Assembly: GCF_964213995.1 (NCBI RefSeq) | Contig: NW_027590185.1 | Location: forward strand, 1-64,000 | Direction of reading: 5' to 3' | Length of the DNA: 64,000 bases | From: Mustelus asterias | Lineage: Eukaryota | In this document: piece after piece, positions 12,888 through 24,341 of the stretch | How the letters are laid out: every line of letters starts with the position of its first letter | How positions within the stretch are numbered: the stretch's first letter is position 1 | Translations under genes and position numbers: made by a program | Notes under the pieces: generated by a model | What the model was told of the DNA's origin: nothing | Database searches by the model: none | The model's input: the letters and a program-made list of their open reading frames with translations, nothing else

Positions 12888-13171
12888 GTCACACTCTCAC
12901 CCATTCCATTGTGACATCACACTCTCACCCATTCCATTGTGACGTCACACCCACACCCATTCCATTGTGATGTCACACCCACACCCATTCCATTGTGACG
13001 TCACACCCACACCCATTCCATTGTGACGTCACACTCTCACCCATTCCTTTGTGACGTCACACTCTCACCCATTCCATTGTGACGTCACACTCTCACCCAT
13101 TCCATTGTGACGTCACATTCACACCCATTCCATTGTGACGTCACACTCTCACCCATTCCATTGTGACGTCA
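12888..13171. repeat. 28-bp minisatellite, about 10 units, eight with a perfect CRE (TGACGTCA)
   Basis: Unit gacgtcacactctcacccattccattgt. TGACGTCA at 12940, 12996, 13024, 13052, 13080, 13108, 13136 and 13164. Confidence 0.95.
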
Positions 13172-13189
13172 GGGCTTCACTCTCCGATC

Positions 13190-14050
13190 ACAATCCCTGC
13201 CGGCCTCCCACATGCAGCCTCAATGGCGGCAGTCAGCCCGGGTCTAACACTACAAGCTGCCGCTCCATTTGGGACAAAGGGGGGGACCGGGAAGTTCATT
13301 TCCGGGGTTTGGGTTTGAACAACATGTTTACAAAGCCTGTCCACCCACCCGCCACATTTATCATTTCCCGCACGTCACCCTCTACCTCGTATTGATCTCG
13401 CTTCCAAGTGAAAACCGTCCGTCGCCATTACCCGCACTGCGCATGCTTCAGGTTCCGCCTCTCATTCACTCCGATTGGTTGGAGGATCAGCCGCTCCCGC
13501 TCGGTCCTCCAGCCCCGCCCCCTCTTCCTATTGGTTCGGAGCTGCCGTCAATCAGCCCCCGGGCATTGTGATGTGGAGCATGCGCAGTGTCATTACTGTC
13601 CTTGGCGCTTGTTTGTCCCGAGAAGCGGAGTCAGCGTTAGGCGGTGGCTGGGAAGATTTGGAAACACTTTGTGGATCCGCAAACCCTTCAGAATCATTGT
13701 CAGCTCCCTGGTTTGCAGCTGCGGGGCTTCTCCCTCCCTCCCTCCCTCCCGGGAACAGGCCCAGGTTAACGGCCCCATCCTGGCTCAGCCACTGGAGGAT
13801 GGTTCACATCAGAGGATGGGGGAGGGGGACAATAAATAAGAGGTTACACTTTGGCATCAAATCAATGAGGACTCTGATCTCTGGGAAGGAAGGAAACCCT
13901 GGGAGGTGGGCGGGGAGGATTCACAAACACCCGCTGGAGGCTCCAACACCCCCAGTAAAAAGCTGCAGCTCCCGGGTTTGCAGCTTTTTCCCGGGAGGGA
14001 GTTGGGGAAGTTTTGTGGAGACAATTCCCGGCTGGTTCAGTTAGTGCTTC
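13190..14050. promoter_or_regulatory. CpG-rich, probably bidirectional promoter between ZNF gene 1 (-) and gene 2 (+)
   Basis: High CpG, NRF1-like tgcgcatg/gcatgcgca, ETS-like ggaag, two ATTGG boxes, GC box ccccgcccc. Homologous to 43810-43957. Confidence 0.65.
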
Positions 14051-14214
14051 CTGGAGCTCAGAAACCCTGACTTAGAATCCCGAATCCCACACTGGGTGGT
14101 TGTTTTATTAAATGCTTTTTATTTATTAATCATTAAAATATTAATTTGTTTTGAAAAATCATTTTATAGCATTTGTGAAAATACCCATTAAAATAGCAAT
14201 TCTCCCAAAGTATT

Positions 14215-14545
14215 TCATAGAATCGCTACAGTGCTGAAGGTGGTTATTCGGCCCATCGAGTCTGCACCGACAACAATCCACCGTTGCCCTATTCCCATTC
14301 CCCCACATATGTAACCTGCTCATCCCTCTAATTTACTCATCCCAGGACACTAAGGGGCAATTTTGCATAGCCAATGCACCTAACTGGCATATCTTTGGAC
14401 GATGGAAGGTAACCAGAGCATCAGGAGAAAACCCACGCAGACATGGGGAGAATGGGCAGACTCCACATGGACAGTGACCCAAGTTGGGAATCGAACCCAG
14501 GTCCCTGGAGCTGTGCGACAGCAGTGCTAACCACTGTGCCGCCTA
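14215..14545 (-). mobile_element. HE1-like SINE
   Basis: Head ggcggcacagtggttagcactgctg and V-SINE-like core on the minus strand. Confidence 0.85.
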
Positions 14546-15502
14546 CATTGCTGATGAGAATTTTAATTTCCTGACTTGGGAATTAATTCTTGAGAATAGT
14601 CATTCTGAAAATGACCATTAAAATGTGTTTAATTTACCCCACAATGCCAGATTTCAGTTTGCATTTCAAAATTGAATTGAGAATGTCTGGGAGCAAATGG
14701 TAAAATGAGATTTGAGACACCAGCTGCAATTATTTTCTGTGACTGATGATACCTATGTGCCTGTGAAGGAGGTAATTCCGCTGCTGTTGTGGCACAAATA
14801 AAATGGAGCTTTTCCAAGGAACAGGCCCATGTTAATGGTCACCATGGTCTTTCATTGGTGAGCAGAGCACATGTGCCTATTGTGGTAACAACAGAGTCAG
14901 TCGGGCTGCACGTCCCCTGACTTGGAAGGAAAACAATTGACTCCTTGATTGTCATCTCAATCAGTCCATGGTCTGGAGGACTGAATCCAGCTGGAGGGAG
15001 AGGGAGCTGGGCTCAGAGTGGAGATGGGGCAATGAGTTTGATTTCAGCTCAGGGACAAGAGAGAGTGTGTGGGATGGGGATTACAGCTCAAGATAAATGA
15101 GACAGAGAAATCTTTCGTGGAAACTGAAATTGTCTGTTCTGAAGCAGTTTTTTAAAAACTCTTTGTCTGGAAGAGAAAGATTCACAGACAGGAAACTCAA
15201 ACTAAACTTCACATCAAAGTCTGACAGAGCCATTCGATTCATCATGACCTAAATATGATTGTTTTTGACAGTGGAGGGATAAATCATTCCCTGTTTTGTC
15301 AGTGGAAGAAAATTTCAAAATTCAATGTGACAGAAAAAGAACTGAGACACACACGCACACCCGAGTGAGCGTGCTCCAGTGAACTGACTGTGGATAGAGC
15401 TTTAACCAGTTACGTAGCCTGAAAAACATCACACCATGGTCTGTATGTGGATGAGGCTTCAACTAATCATCCAACCTGGAGAGACAGAAGGATACCAGCA
15501 CC

Positions 15503-15946
15503 ATGGACAAACCGTGGAAATGTGAGGATTGTGGTAAAGGATTCAATTGTCCATCCCGGTTGGAAACCCATCGACACGGTCACATTGGGGCTGGGAAAAT
15601 GGAGAAACCATGGAAATGTGATGATTGTGATAAAGGATTCAATTATCCATACTTGCTGGAAAACCATAGACACAGTCACACTGGAGAGAGGCCATTCATC
15701 TGTTCTGCGTGTGGGAAAGGATTCACTATCTCCTCCCACCTGCTGTTACACCAGCAAATTCACACTGAGGAGAGGTCGTTCAGCTGCTCCACCTGTGGAA
15801 AGGGGTTCTCATGTTCATCCAACCTCAGTGCACATCAGCGAGTTCACACTGGGGAGAGATTGTTCACCTGCTCCTTGTGTGGGAAGGATTTTGCTGGGCC
15901 ATCCAGTCTTTGGACACAACAGCGAATTCACACAGGATATATATGA
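15503..15946 (+). CDS. Divergent C2H2 ZNF gene 2, 4 intact fingers plus 1 degenerate, C-terminus cut by a CR1 insertion (possible pseudogene)
   Basis: MDKPWKC..., a second MEKPWKC unit, finger 5 lacks its first His, and the stop lies in insertion-junction sequence. Confidence 0.65.
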   Translation: MDKPWKCEDCGKGFNCPSRLETHRHGHIGAGKMEKPWKCDDCDKGFNYPYLLENHRHSHTGERPFICSACGKGFTISSHLLLHQQIHTEERSFSCSTCGKGFSCSSNLSAHQRVHTGERLFTCSLCGKDFAGPSSLWTQQRIHTGYI

Positions 15947-15947
15947 C

Positions 15948-16912
15948 ATATATAAATGATTTGGAGGAAAATGTAACTGGTTTGATTAGTAAGTTTGCGG
16001 ACGACACAAAGGTTGGTGGATTTGCAGATAGCGATGAGGACCATCAGAGGATACAGCAGGATATAGACCAGTTGGAGACTTGGATGGAGAGATGGCAGAT
16101 GGAGTTTAATCCGGACAAATGTGAGGTAATGCATTTTGGAAGGAGTAATACAAATAGGAAATATACGGTAAATGGTAGAACCTTTAATAATATTGATAGG
16201 CAAAGGAATCTGGGTGTACAAGTACACAGATTACTGAAAGTGGCAATGCAGGTGGAGAAGGTCATCAAGAAGGCATACGGCATGCTTACCTTCATCAGCT
16301 GGGGCATTGAGTTTAAAAATTGACAAGTCATGTTGCAGCTTTATAGAACCTTAGTTAGGCCGCACTTGGAATATAGTGTTCAATTCTGTTCGCCACACTA
16401 CCAGAAGGATGTGGGGGCTTTGGAGAGGGTCCAGAAAAGATTTACCAGGATGTTGCCTGGTATGGAGGGCATAAGCTATGAGGAGAGGTTGGAGAAACTT
16501 GGTTTGTTCTCACTTGAGCGATGGAGGTTGAGGGGAGACCTAATAGAAGTCTACAAGATTATGAGAGGCATGGAAAGAGTGGATGCTCAGAAGCTTTTTC
16601 CCAGGGTGGAAGAGTCAATTACTGGGGGAAATAGGTTTAAGGTGCGAGGGGTAAAGTTTAAAAGAGATGTACGAGGCAGATTTTTTACACAGAGAGTGGT
16701 GGGTGCCTGGTATTCATTGCCGGGGGAGGTAGTGGAAGCAGATACGGTAGTGACTTTTAAGCGGCGTCTTGACAAGTACATGAATGAGATGGGAATAGAG
16801 GGATATGGTCCCTGGAAGGGTAGTGGGTTTTAGTTAAGTCGGGCAGTATGGTCGGTGCAGGCTTGGAGGGCCGAAGGGCCTGTTCCTGTGCTGCAATTTT
16901 CTTTGTTCTTAG
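15948..16912 (+). mobile_element. 5'-truncated CR1
   Basis: YINDLEENVTGLISKFADDTK...; acacagg duplicated at 15930-15936 and 16914-16920. Confidence 0.92.
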
Positions 16913-17439
16913 TACACAGGCCAATTTATCTTTCTAGGGGTGAGTGTGTCTGAGAGGTATGCAACTGGAAAACATTTTCCATTCACCTCCTACATTGCTG
17001 CAGTATAAATAGATGTTGTTCTCACTCTGCCAGCAGGGCTGTGGGATTAATTGGACAGATCTTAAAGACAGCCCGACTGGGCAGGATGTGCCAAGTGGTT
17101 TCCATTTGTGATGTATCATTCCATAAAACAGAATATTCAGCATCAGGAGAAAGAAAGTGAAAGAAACCAGTCTCTGTGGGATTTACCCAACCAGTATGAG
17201 CACCTTCAGGAGAGCAGAGAGAGGAGAGGAAACCAGTGGGAAAAGTTTTAAAAACTCGGGGTATTCCCACAGGAGAGCACTGGTTTAAATCAATTTTAGA
17301 AATAGAGAATGGCAGCGCACAAATTCCGAGGAATGCATTTTTTAAAATTAATTGATCTTAATTGCACAAGATAATTTTCTATTATTGTCTTTGATCGACA
17401 ATGACGCCGTTAATTCCCAGGTGCCCCTGCGGGTGTGAA

Positions 17440-17810
17440 AGTGTCCTATTCATTCCACAGGAGCCTATTGCGCAGGCGCGGTGCTATATCTGGAGCGTGC
17501 GCAGTGTCACTTTGCCCAGAGCCCCATGAATGCGGGAGATGCTTTTTTCAACGGGTGAGTCGGTGGGGCTGCGGGAGAAATGGAGCCGGGAGTCGGGGTA
17601 GGGAGGGAGCTCTGGCTTCACAAACACCCGCTGTAGGCCGCACGGCCCGAATAGACCCTGCAGGTCCCGGGTTTACAGCTCCCAGGCTTTTATCCCGGGA
17701 ACAGGCCCCGGTTATCGTCCGCCATCTTGTTTCAGCGGGGAAGGAGAGCGCATGCGCTGCTGTCGGTGGCGGGTCACAATGGGCGTGGTTTCAGGGGCTG
17801 GTTCAGAACC
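17440..17810 (+). promoter_or_regulatory. CpG-rich promoter candidate for ZNF gene 3
   Basis: gcgcatgcgc (NRF1-like), cgccatcttg (YY1-like), gggcgtgg. Partial similarity to the 13.6-14.0 kb region. Confidence 0.55.
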
Positions 17811-17827
17811 TCTGTCTTCAGAGGGAC

Positions 17828-18457
17828 AATAGAATCATAGAAACCCTACAGCACAGAAAGAGGCCATTCGGCCCATCGAGTCTGCACCGACCACAATCCC
17901 ACCCAGGCCCTACCCCCATATCCCTACATATTTTACCCGCTAATCCTTCGAATTTATGCATCCCAGGACACTAAGTGGCAATTTGTTTTAGCATAGCCAA
18001 TCAACTTAACCCGCACATCTTTGGACCGTGGGAGGAAACCGGAGCACCCGGAGGAAACCCACGCAGAGAGGGGCGGGTCGGGATGGCGACTTCCTCGTGA
18101 ACCTGCTCCTGGGCGGCACGATAGCACAGTGGTTAGCGCTGCTGCTTCACAGCTCCAGGGTCCCGGGTTCGATTCCTGGCTCGGGTCGCTGTCTGTGTGG
18201 AGTTTGCACATTCTCCTCGTGTCTGCGTGGGTTTCCTCCGGGTGCTCCGGTTTCCTCCCACATCCAAAGATGTGCGGGTTAGGTTGATTGGCCAGGTTAA
18301 AAATTGCCCCTTAGAATCCTGGGATGCGTAGGTTAGAGGGATTAGCGGGTAAATATGTGGGGGTAGGGCCTGGGTGGGATTGTGGTCGGTGCAGACTCGA
18401 TGGGCCGAATGGCCTCCTTCTGCGCTGTAGGGTTTCTATGATTTCTATGATTTCTAT
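17828..18457. mobile_element. Two oppositely oriented HE1-like SINEs (17828-18068 -, truncated; 18111-18457 +, full length)
   Basis: Complementary cores and tails; tail (ttctatga)n. Confidence 0.88.
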
Positions 18458-18802
18458 GGGCCTGGCGAAGCGTGCCATTTATCGGTCCAGGCAGCGGGCG
18501 ATCGAGGGAGCCGTCCACCCTGACTGTCTGCCCCTCTACTGCGGCTACGTTCGTGGCCAGGTGTCCCTGGAGAGGGAGCATGTGGTGTCCACGGGCGCGG
18601 TTGACGCCTTCCGCCCCCGTTGGGCACTGCAGGTGTTGGGGTGCGTTATCGACCCTAATAATCACACTTTGATTTGATGGTTTTAAGTTTCCTTTGTACT
18701 TTGATTTTTGTTCGGGCTGTTCCCCCTCCTTTTGGGGAGCTGCCCCTTTTACTTTGTCCTGATTTAACTTGAGTTTGTTTATTTGGTTTGGCCTTAAAAG
18801 AG
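18458..18802 (+). mobile_element. 3' end of a Tx1-like (L1 clade) non-LTR retrotransposon
   Basis: GLAKRAIYRSRQR...VRGQVSLEREHVVSTGAVDAFRPRW resembles the Tx1 ORF2 C-terminus. T-rich 3' UTR ending ttaaaagag. Confidence 0.7.
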
Positions 18803-19405
18803 GCCAACATCTGTGAGTAAAACACTTTATTTTCTCCCCCTTTCCATTTCTTTTCTCATTCTGGGGGAAATTGGGACTTGCAGCAACTGAAGGGAAAGGA
18901 AGTGAATCCAGTCAGTATGTTCCACACATTGTTAGTCCAGTCAGATAGACATATATCTGTCTGGCAGCCTGCATGGAGATTTCCAGCTCTCTCTGTCCAG
19001 GACAGGAAGCAGTGAGCATGGATCTGTCAATCAGCACCTACAGGAGAATTGGGAGGGTGAATATTAGATACAGCAGAGTGAGAATGGAGGGAGAGTGTGT
19101 GGGATGGAGATTTGCAGCTCTTGGGGAATGAGAGTGGAAATAATGTTCCATGGAAACTCGAATTGTCTGTTCTGAATTTCTATCCTGTACTGTCAGTGAT
19201 AACCTTTGTAAACTCCTTTTACAGGATATCAGAAGTTGAGGATTTTACAGACAGAAATCTCAAACCAAACATCACATCAACATCCGACAGAGTCACTCAA
19301 TTCATCGGGACCTGAATATCTTCGGTCTTTGAATCCAGAAGGAGAAATGTTTCTCTGTTCTATCGGCTTTAGCAGTCTTTAAACATCATTGTGACTGGAA
19401 CAGGA

Positions 19406-19407
<2 letters not shown>

Positions 19408-19461
<54 letters not shown>
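19408..19461. repeat. (CA)n microsatellite in the 5' region of gene 3
   Basis: About 26 CA units; paralogs carry only a short acacacac at this position. Confidence 0.97.
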
Positions 19462-19465
<4 letters not shown>

Positions 19466-19620
19466 CAACTGAGATTTTCCCATGCAGTGACTGAGGAAAG
19501 AGCCTCCCAGTTACACAGCCTGAAAAAATATTGCACCATCGCAGCAGGGCACTATAATCTTGTTCTGTGTGAGACTTCAACTGATGGTCAAACCTGGAGC
19601 AACACAAGGACACCTGCAAC

Positions 19621-20463
19621 ATGGAGAAACTGTGGAAATGTGGGGACTGTGGGAAGGGTTGCAAAACCCCCTCTGAGCTGCAAATTCATCGACGTATTCA
19701 CACTGGAGAGAAGCCGTACACCTGTTCTGTGTGTGGGAAGAGATTCACTCGGTTATATCATCTGCAGCGACATCAGCTGGTTCACACTGGAGAAAGAGCA
19801 TTCATCTGCTTTGAGTGTGGGAACGGATTCGCTCATTTACCCGATCTGCAGAGACACCAGCGCGTTCACACTGGAGAGAGACCATTCACCTGCTTGGTGT
19901 GTGGGAAAGGATTTATGCAGTTATCCAATCTGTCAAAACACAAAGTCACTCACAGCAATGAGAGACCCTTTAAATGCTCTGACTGTGGAAATGGTTTCAA
20001 AAGCTCTCGGGAACTGACGATCCACCAGCGGATTCACACTGGGGAGAGACCGTTCAGCTGCTCTCACTGCACAAAGACATTTAGAACGTTATCTCACCTG
20101 CGGGAGCACCAGCGAATTCACACCAGGGAGAGACCGTTCACCTGCTCTGTGTGTGGGAAGGGATTCACTCATTCATCCAGCCTGCTGAGTCACAATCTCA
20201 CTCATACCCAGGAGAGACCCTTTAAATGCTCTGACTGTGGCAGTGGTTTCAAAAGCTCTCGGGATCTGGTTATCCACCAGCGCATTCACACTGAGGAGAG
20301 ACCGTTCAGCTGCTCTCACTGCACAAAGAGATTTAGAACTTCATTCAGCCTGCGGGAGCACCAGCGAGTTCACACTGGGGAGAGACCGTTCATCTGCTCT
20401 GTGTGTGGGAAGGGATTCACTCAGTCATCCAGCCTGCGGAGACACCAGCAAGTTCACAAGTGA
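19621..20463 (+). CDS. C2H2 ZNF gene 3, 280 aa, 10 fingers
   Basis: MEKLWKC start and ten canonical fingers, including a TCxVC/KCSDC/SCSHC triplet pattern. Confidence 0.9.
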   Translation: MEKLWKCGDCGKGCKTPSELQIHRRIHTGEKPYTCSVCGKRFTRLYHLQRHQLVHTGERAFICFECGNGFAHLPDLQRHQRVHTGERPFTCLVCGKGFMQLSNLSKHKVTHSNERPFKCSDCGNGFKSSRELTIHQRIHTGERPFSCSHCTKTFRTLSHLREHQRIHTRERPFTCSVCGKGFTHSSSLLSHNLTHTQERPFKCSDCGSGFKSSRDLVIHQRIHTEERPFSCSHCTKRFRTSFSLREHQRVHTGERPFICSVCGKGFTQSSSLRRHQQVHK

Positions 20464-20861
20464 TGACAGGGGTTGGATGCTGCTATCAATCACATCCAGG
20501 ACTGAACCATGTTCATTCTGACAGTTGGTGAAGTGGGAGGGTCGGAGGGTTTCTTTCTGCTGGACTGGCCGGTCTCACGACTTTGCTTCCAGTGGGCTGA
20601 TGCTCTTTGAGCCTGGGAGAGCACATTTCCACTGAAATGATCCACAAAAGCTGATGAAGGACATTTATTTATCCTGGATAGTAAATAGTGTTTTTCCTAC
20701 CACCACAGGTAGATCTGAAATAAATACAGAAAGGACTGGAAAAATGCATTAGGTCTGGCAACATTTATGGAGAGAGAAACAGTGTTAATATTTCACACTA
20801 CTGGATTGGGAATCAATCTAGTAAATCTCCTCTGAACTGCTTCCATGGTATTTATAAAATG

Positions 20862-21190
20862 GGACAGCACGGCAGCACAGTGGTTAGCACTGCTGCCTCA
20901 CAACGCCAGGGGCCCAGGTTCAATTCCAGCCTGGGTCACTGTCTGTCTGTGTGGAGTTTGCACATTCTCCCCGTGTCTGCGTGGGTTTCCTCCGGGTGCT
21001 CCGGTTTCCTCCCACAGTCCAAAGATGTGTGGGTTAGGTTGATTGGCTGTGCTAAATTGACCCTTAGTGCCAGGCGGACTGGCTGGAGTAAATGCATGTG
21101 GTTATGGGAATAGGGCCTGGATGGGATGGTGTTTGGTACAGACTCGATGGACAGAACGGCCTCTGTCTGTACTGTAGGGATTCTACAATC
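20862..21190 (+). mobile_element. HE1-like SINE (its 3' half is duplicated at 43958-44080)
   Basis: ggcagcacagtggttagcactgctgcctc head, core and tail. Confidence 0.88.
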
Positions 21191-21321
21191 CTTTGTTTAA
21201 TAGGAGACAAAAACTGCAGCCACTATTCAAGATGCAGTTTCAGCAACGCCCTGTATAACTGAAGCAGAACATCTTTACTTCTCTGTTCAATTTCTCTCAG
21301 AATAAAGGATTGCATTCCATA

Positions 21322-24300
21322 TGTAAGAATTTTGATTTGTTTGAACTAAGATTTATGGGGATCACTTGTTTACAACAACCTCCCTAATCATAACTCACCC
21401 AGGTTCCAGTGACTTAACCATGTGGCAAGAAAGAACACTTTAAATGGTGAATTCAGAAAGTTTATTCACCATTAAAAATGTAACAAGTCAGAAAGATTTA
21501 AAAAAGCAAAGTATCGATCAACAGTAAAGGAGAAAGCTTAACTTTAACTTCTCTCCATCCCTCTCAGACCAGGACATGAAGTGGTGGCTCTGAGAACACG
21601 GATAACTTGTAAAATCAACAGCTCCCAACACCTCTCTGTAGGACACAGTGGTTCGCACTGCTGCCTCACAGCGCCAGAGACCCGGGTTTGAGTCCCGCCT
21701 TGGGTCACTGTCTATGCAGAGTCTGCATATTCTTCCCCTGTCTGTGTGGGTTTTCTCCCACAGACCGAAGGACTTGCTGGTTAGGTACATTGAGCATGCT
21801 AAATTCTCCCTCAGTTTACCCGAACAGGCGCCAGAGTGTGGTGACTGGGGGATTTTCAGAGTAACTTCATTGCAGTGTGAATGTGTGACACTAATAAATA
21901 AACTTTAAAAAACTTTGAACTTTTAAAAACTTTTGCCAAATTGGTTTCTTGAATCCCCTTTTTTATACTTTCAGAATGTAGAAAGCCCAGCTCAGCCAAT
22001 TGTTGGGAATTAGCCAATTGGTCTATAACTTGTCAATAATGAAACTGGTTTGGTTTTTAGCTAATTGCACACATTGTCTGAAATTTAAGACTATCCTTTC
22101 TCTCAAACGATATCTGTTAGCTTGGGGTAGCCTGAGTGTCGACCAATAATTGGTTAACATCAGCCATTCAATGTTGAGACATCTTGAACAGGAGCTAATT
22201 CATTCCCTCCAGTCAATGTTAACAATGTTTTAAAGTTTATTTATTAATGTCACAAGTAGGCTGACATTAACACTGCAATGAAGTTACTGGGAAAATCCCC
22301 CTCGTCGCAACACTCCGGCATCTGTTCAGGTACACAGAGAATTTAGCATAGTCAATCCACCTAACTCGCACGTCTTTTGGACTGTGGGAACAAACAGGAG
22401 CACCCGGAGGAAACCCACGCAGACACGGGGAGAATGTGCAGACTCCACAGTGTCACCCAAGCCGGGAATCGAACCCAGGTCCCTGGCACTGTGAGGCAGC
22501 AGTGCTAACCACTGTGGCACCGTGCCACGCTAACAAGTCTTGTTATCTGTTTTTTTCTATTCTCTTGGCCTCAGAAGGGAACATTTTATAATCTCCACAG
22601 CATTTTAACCATTCATAGTATGTTTATAATTCCAAACGTTATAAACTGTTGTGTTCAAATTTACATTTCCAGCCTAACATCTGTATTAATGAATCATTTA
22701 TTCTTTAATTGTCTCTCAATTCAGGCTGTCCATTTAACTAATCTCCTGCTTTACAATTGTGGGAACTTCACTCCACAAACAAGGGAGTCAAATGCATTGT
22801 GAAAAGCAGGATCTTCTTTATATCAAAAAATAACAAAGTTTAAAAATCATTGGCAAACAAAAGAAAACAGGAGCATTGGAACCAGCCTGGACTTGCAGAC
22901 TGAAACCCCGCCCAAAGCCCGCACGTGCTCAGAAGGGAGAAAGGTTGAGAAGAACACTCTGTAACACTTCTCCCCTTAAATTTCAATCCCCCATTAGGAC
23001 AGAAATACAACAAAGTAATGTCTTTAACAATACGGAAGTCTGTCAGGAGCTTTGTGGTTTCATTGCGACCTGTACAATACCACTGGTAAATCTTGTAATG
23101 GTGGATCTGGAATGGGAGGTGAAGAGGTAGTTTGAGAATCTGTACATGAACATTCCTCTTCCACTCCCACAGCAGAGTCAACTGGCAAAGCTGGAACCAT
23201 TTCCTGGTGAACATCCACAGCAGCATGACCCTTTGCCATGTTCTCAGTAATGGTTGCTGACTCTGAAACTGTTCCTGACTCAGGGTCACACCGCAAGCGA
23301 ATATGGTCTTAGTGGCTATGCTTAAAATTTCCACATTTAACTGGTTCCCATAAATCCTCAATTATAAAGCAAAATAGACATAAGTTTCCGGGCGATTTAA
23401 AAACAAATTAACTTTTCTACAGAACCTAAAGGGGTGGGGAGTGAGCAGAAAAAACCTTGGCCCACAATTACATCACTTTACATAATTTAAAAAATCTCTA
23501 ACAACAAAACAATCTTAATTTTAAACTTCATCTATTATTCTTTTTGTTTTCTTCCTCAACCGAATAATTTTAATTTGATCAGTTTTTGTTAGGGATGGGT
23601 AACTTCTGTTCTTTATAAACTGATTCACTCATATTGTTAGTTCTACATGAGAATCAGAACCCAGACTTTATCATCCTTATCCTTTTTCTCCTTCTGCCAC
23701 CACTCCCTCTGTTTTGCGGGCGGGTCGTGGGGATTCCAATCAGAACTAATCATTTCATCATAAAAGTGAAATACTGCGGATTCTGGAATCTGAAACAAAA
23801 ACAGAAAATGTTGGAAAATCTCAGCAGGTCTGACAGCTTCTGTGGAGAGAGAATAGAGCTAATGTTTCCAGTCTGGATGAGCCTTCATAAGAGCTCTTCT
23901 GAAGTGTAATCCAGACTCAAAACATTGGCTCTATTCTCTTAACATTGTATCAATAAGTTTCTTGTTCTTAGTTTCCAAATGGCAGGTAAGAGACCTGTCC
24001 GGTCCCCACTCGAGCTCTGATTTTTCACTGGCCATGCTTGGGTAAGATTATAACCATTAGAATCTACTCTCAGAGGTCTGCTTTTCAGTCCAGTGCTACT
24101 TGGAGTATACCGTCACCTCACCAACTATCAGGTCACAAATATATGATAAAATAATTTAAATAATGCCTGAGAACGCTCTGAACCAACTACCTATCATCGT
24201 TTGTTGATTGGTCAGACCCCCTTTTTACAGATTCAGGAATCTCAGCCGCTGAACATCAGCCAGTCCTAGAATAAGTTTAATTCTAACTCATTCTGAGTAA

Positions 24301-24341
24301 ATATTCTCACCAGCTCCTCTGTCGGGGCCCTGCTAAGCAGC
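21322..24341 (-). mobile_element. Composite LTR-element relic (copy 2) with nested SINEs (about 21640-21905 +, 22235-22530 -)
   Basis: Starts TGTAAG and ends at ccctgctaagcagc (24328-24341), identical to 14 nt of the PBS at 422-435. Confidence 0.55.

Noticed and set aside
12888-13171. 28-bp repeats as a CRISPR array
   Set aside because: Contiguous units without unique spacers, no cas genes, vertebrate context.
15811-16323. ZNF-reverse transcriptase fusion protein
   Set aside because: The RT fragment is in a different frame from the fingers, partial and interrupted by a stop.
18111-18190. tRNA genes suggested by A/B-box-like sequences
   Set aside because: They are SINE heads continuing into V-SINE-like bodies and LINE-derived tails.
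22840-23361. Repeated ~173-aa ORF (also at 50945 and 5073) as a novel gene
   Set aside because: It recurs only because of segmental duplication of an LTR relic, and has a non-ATG start and no domain.
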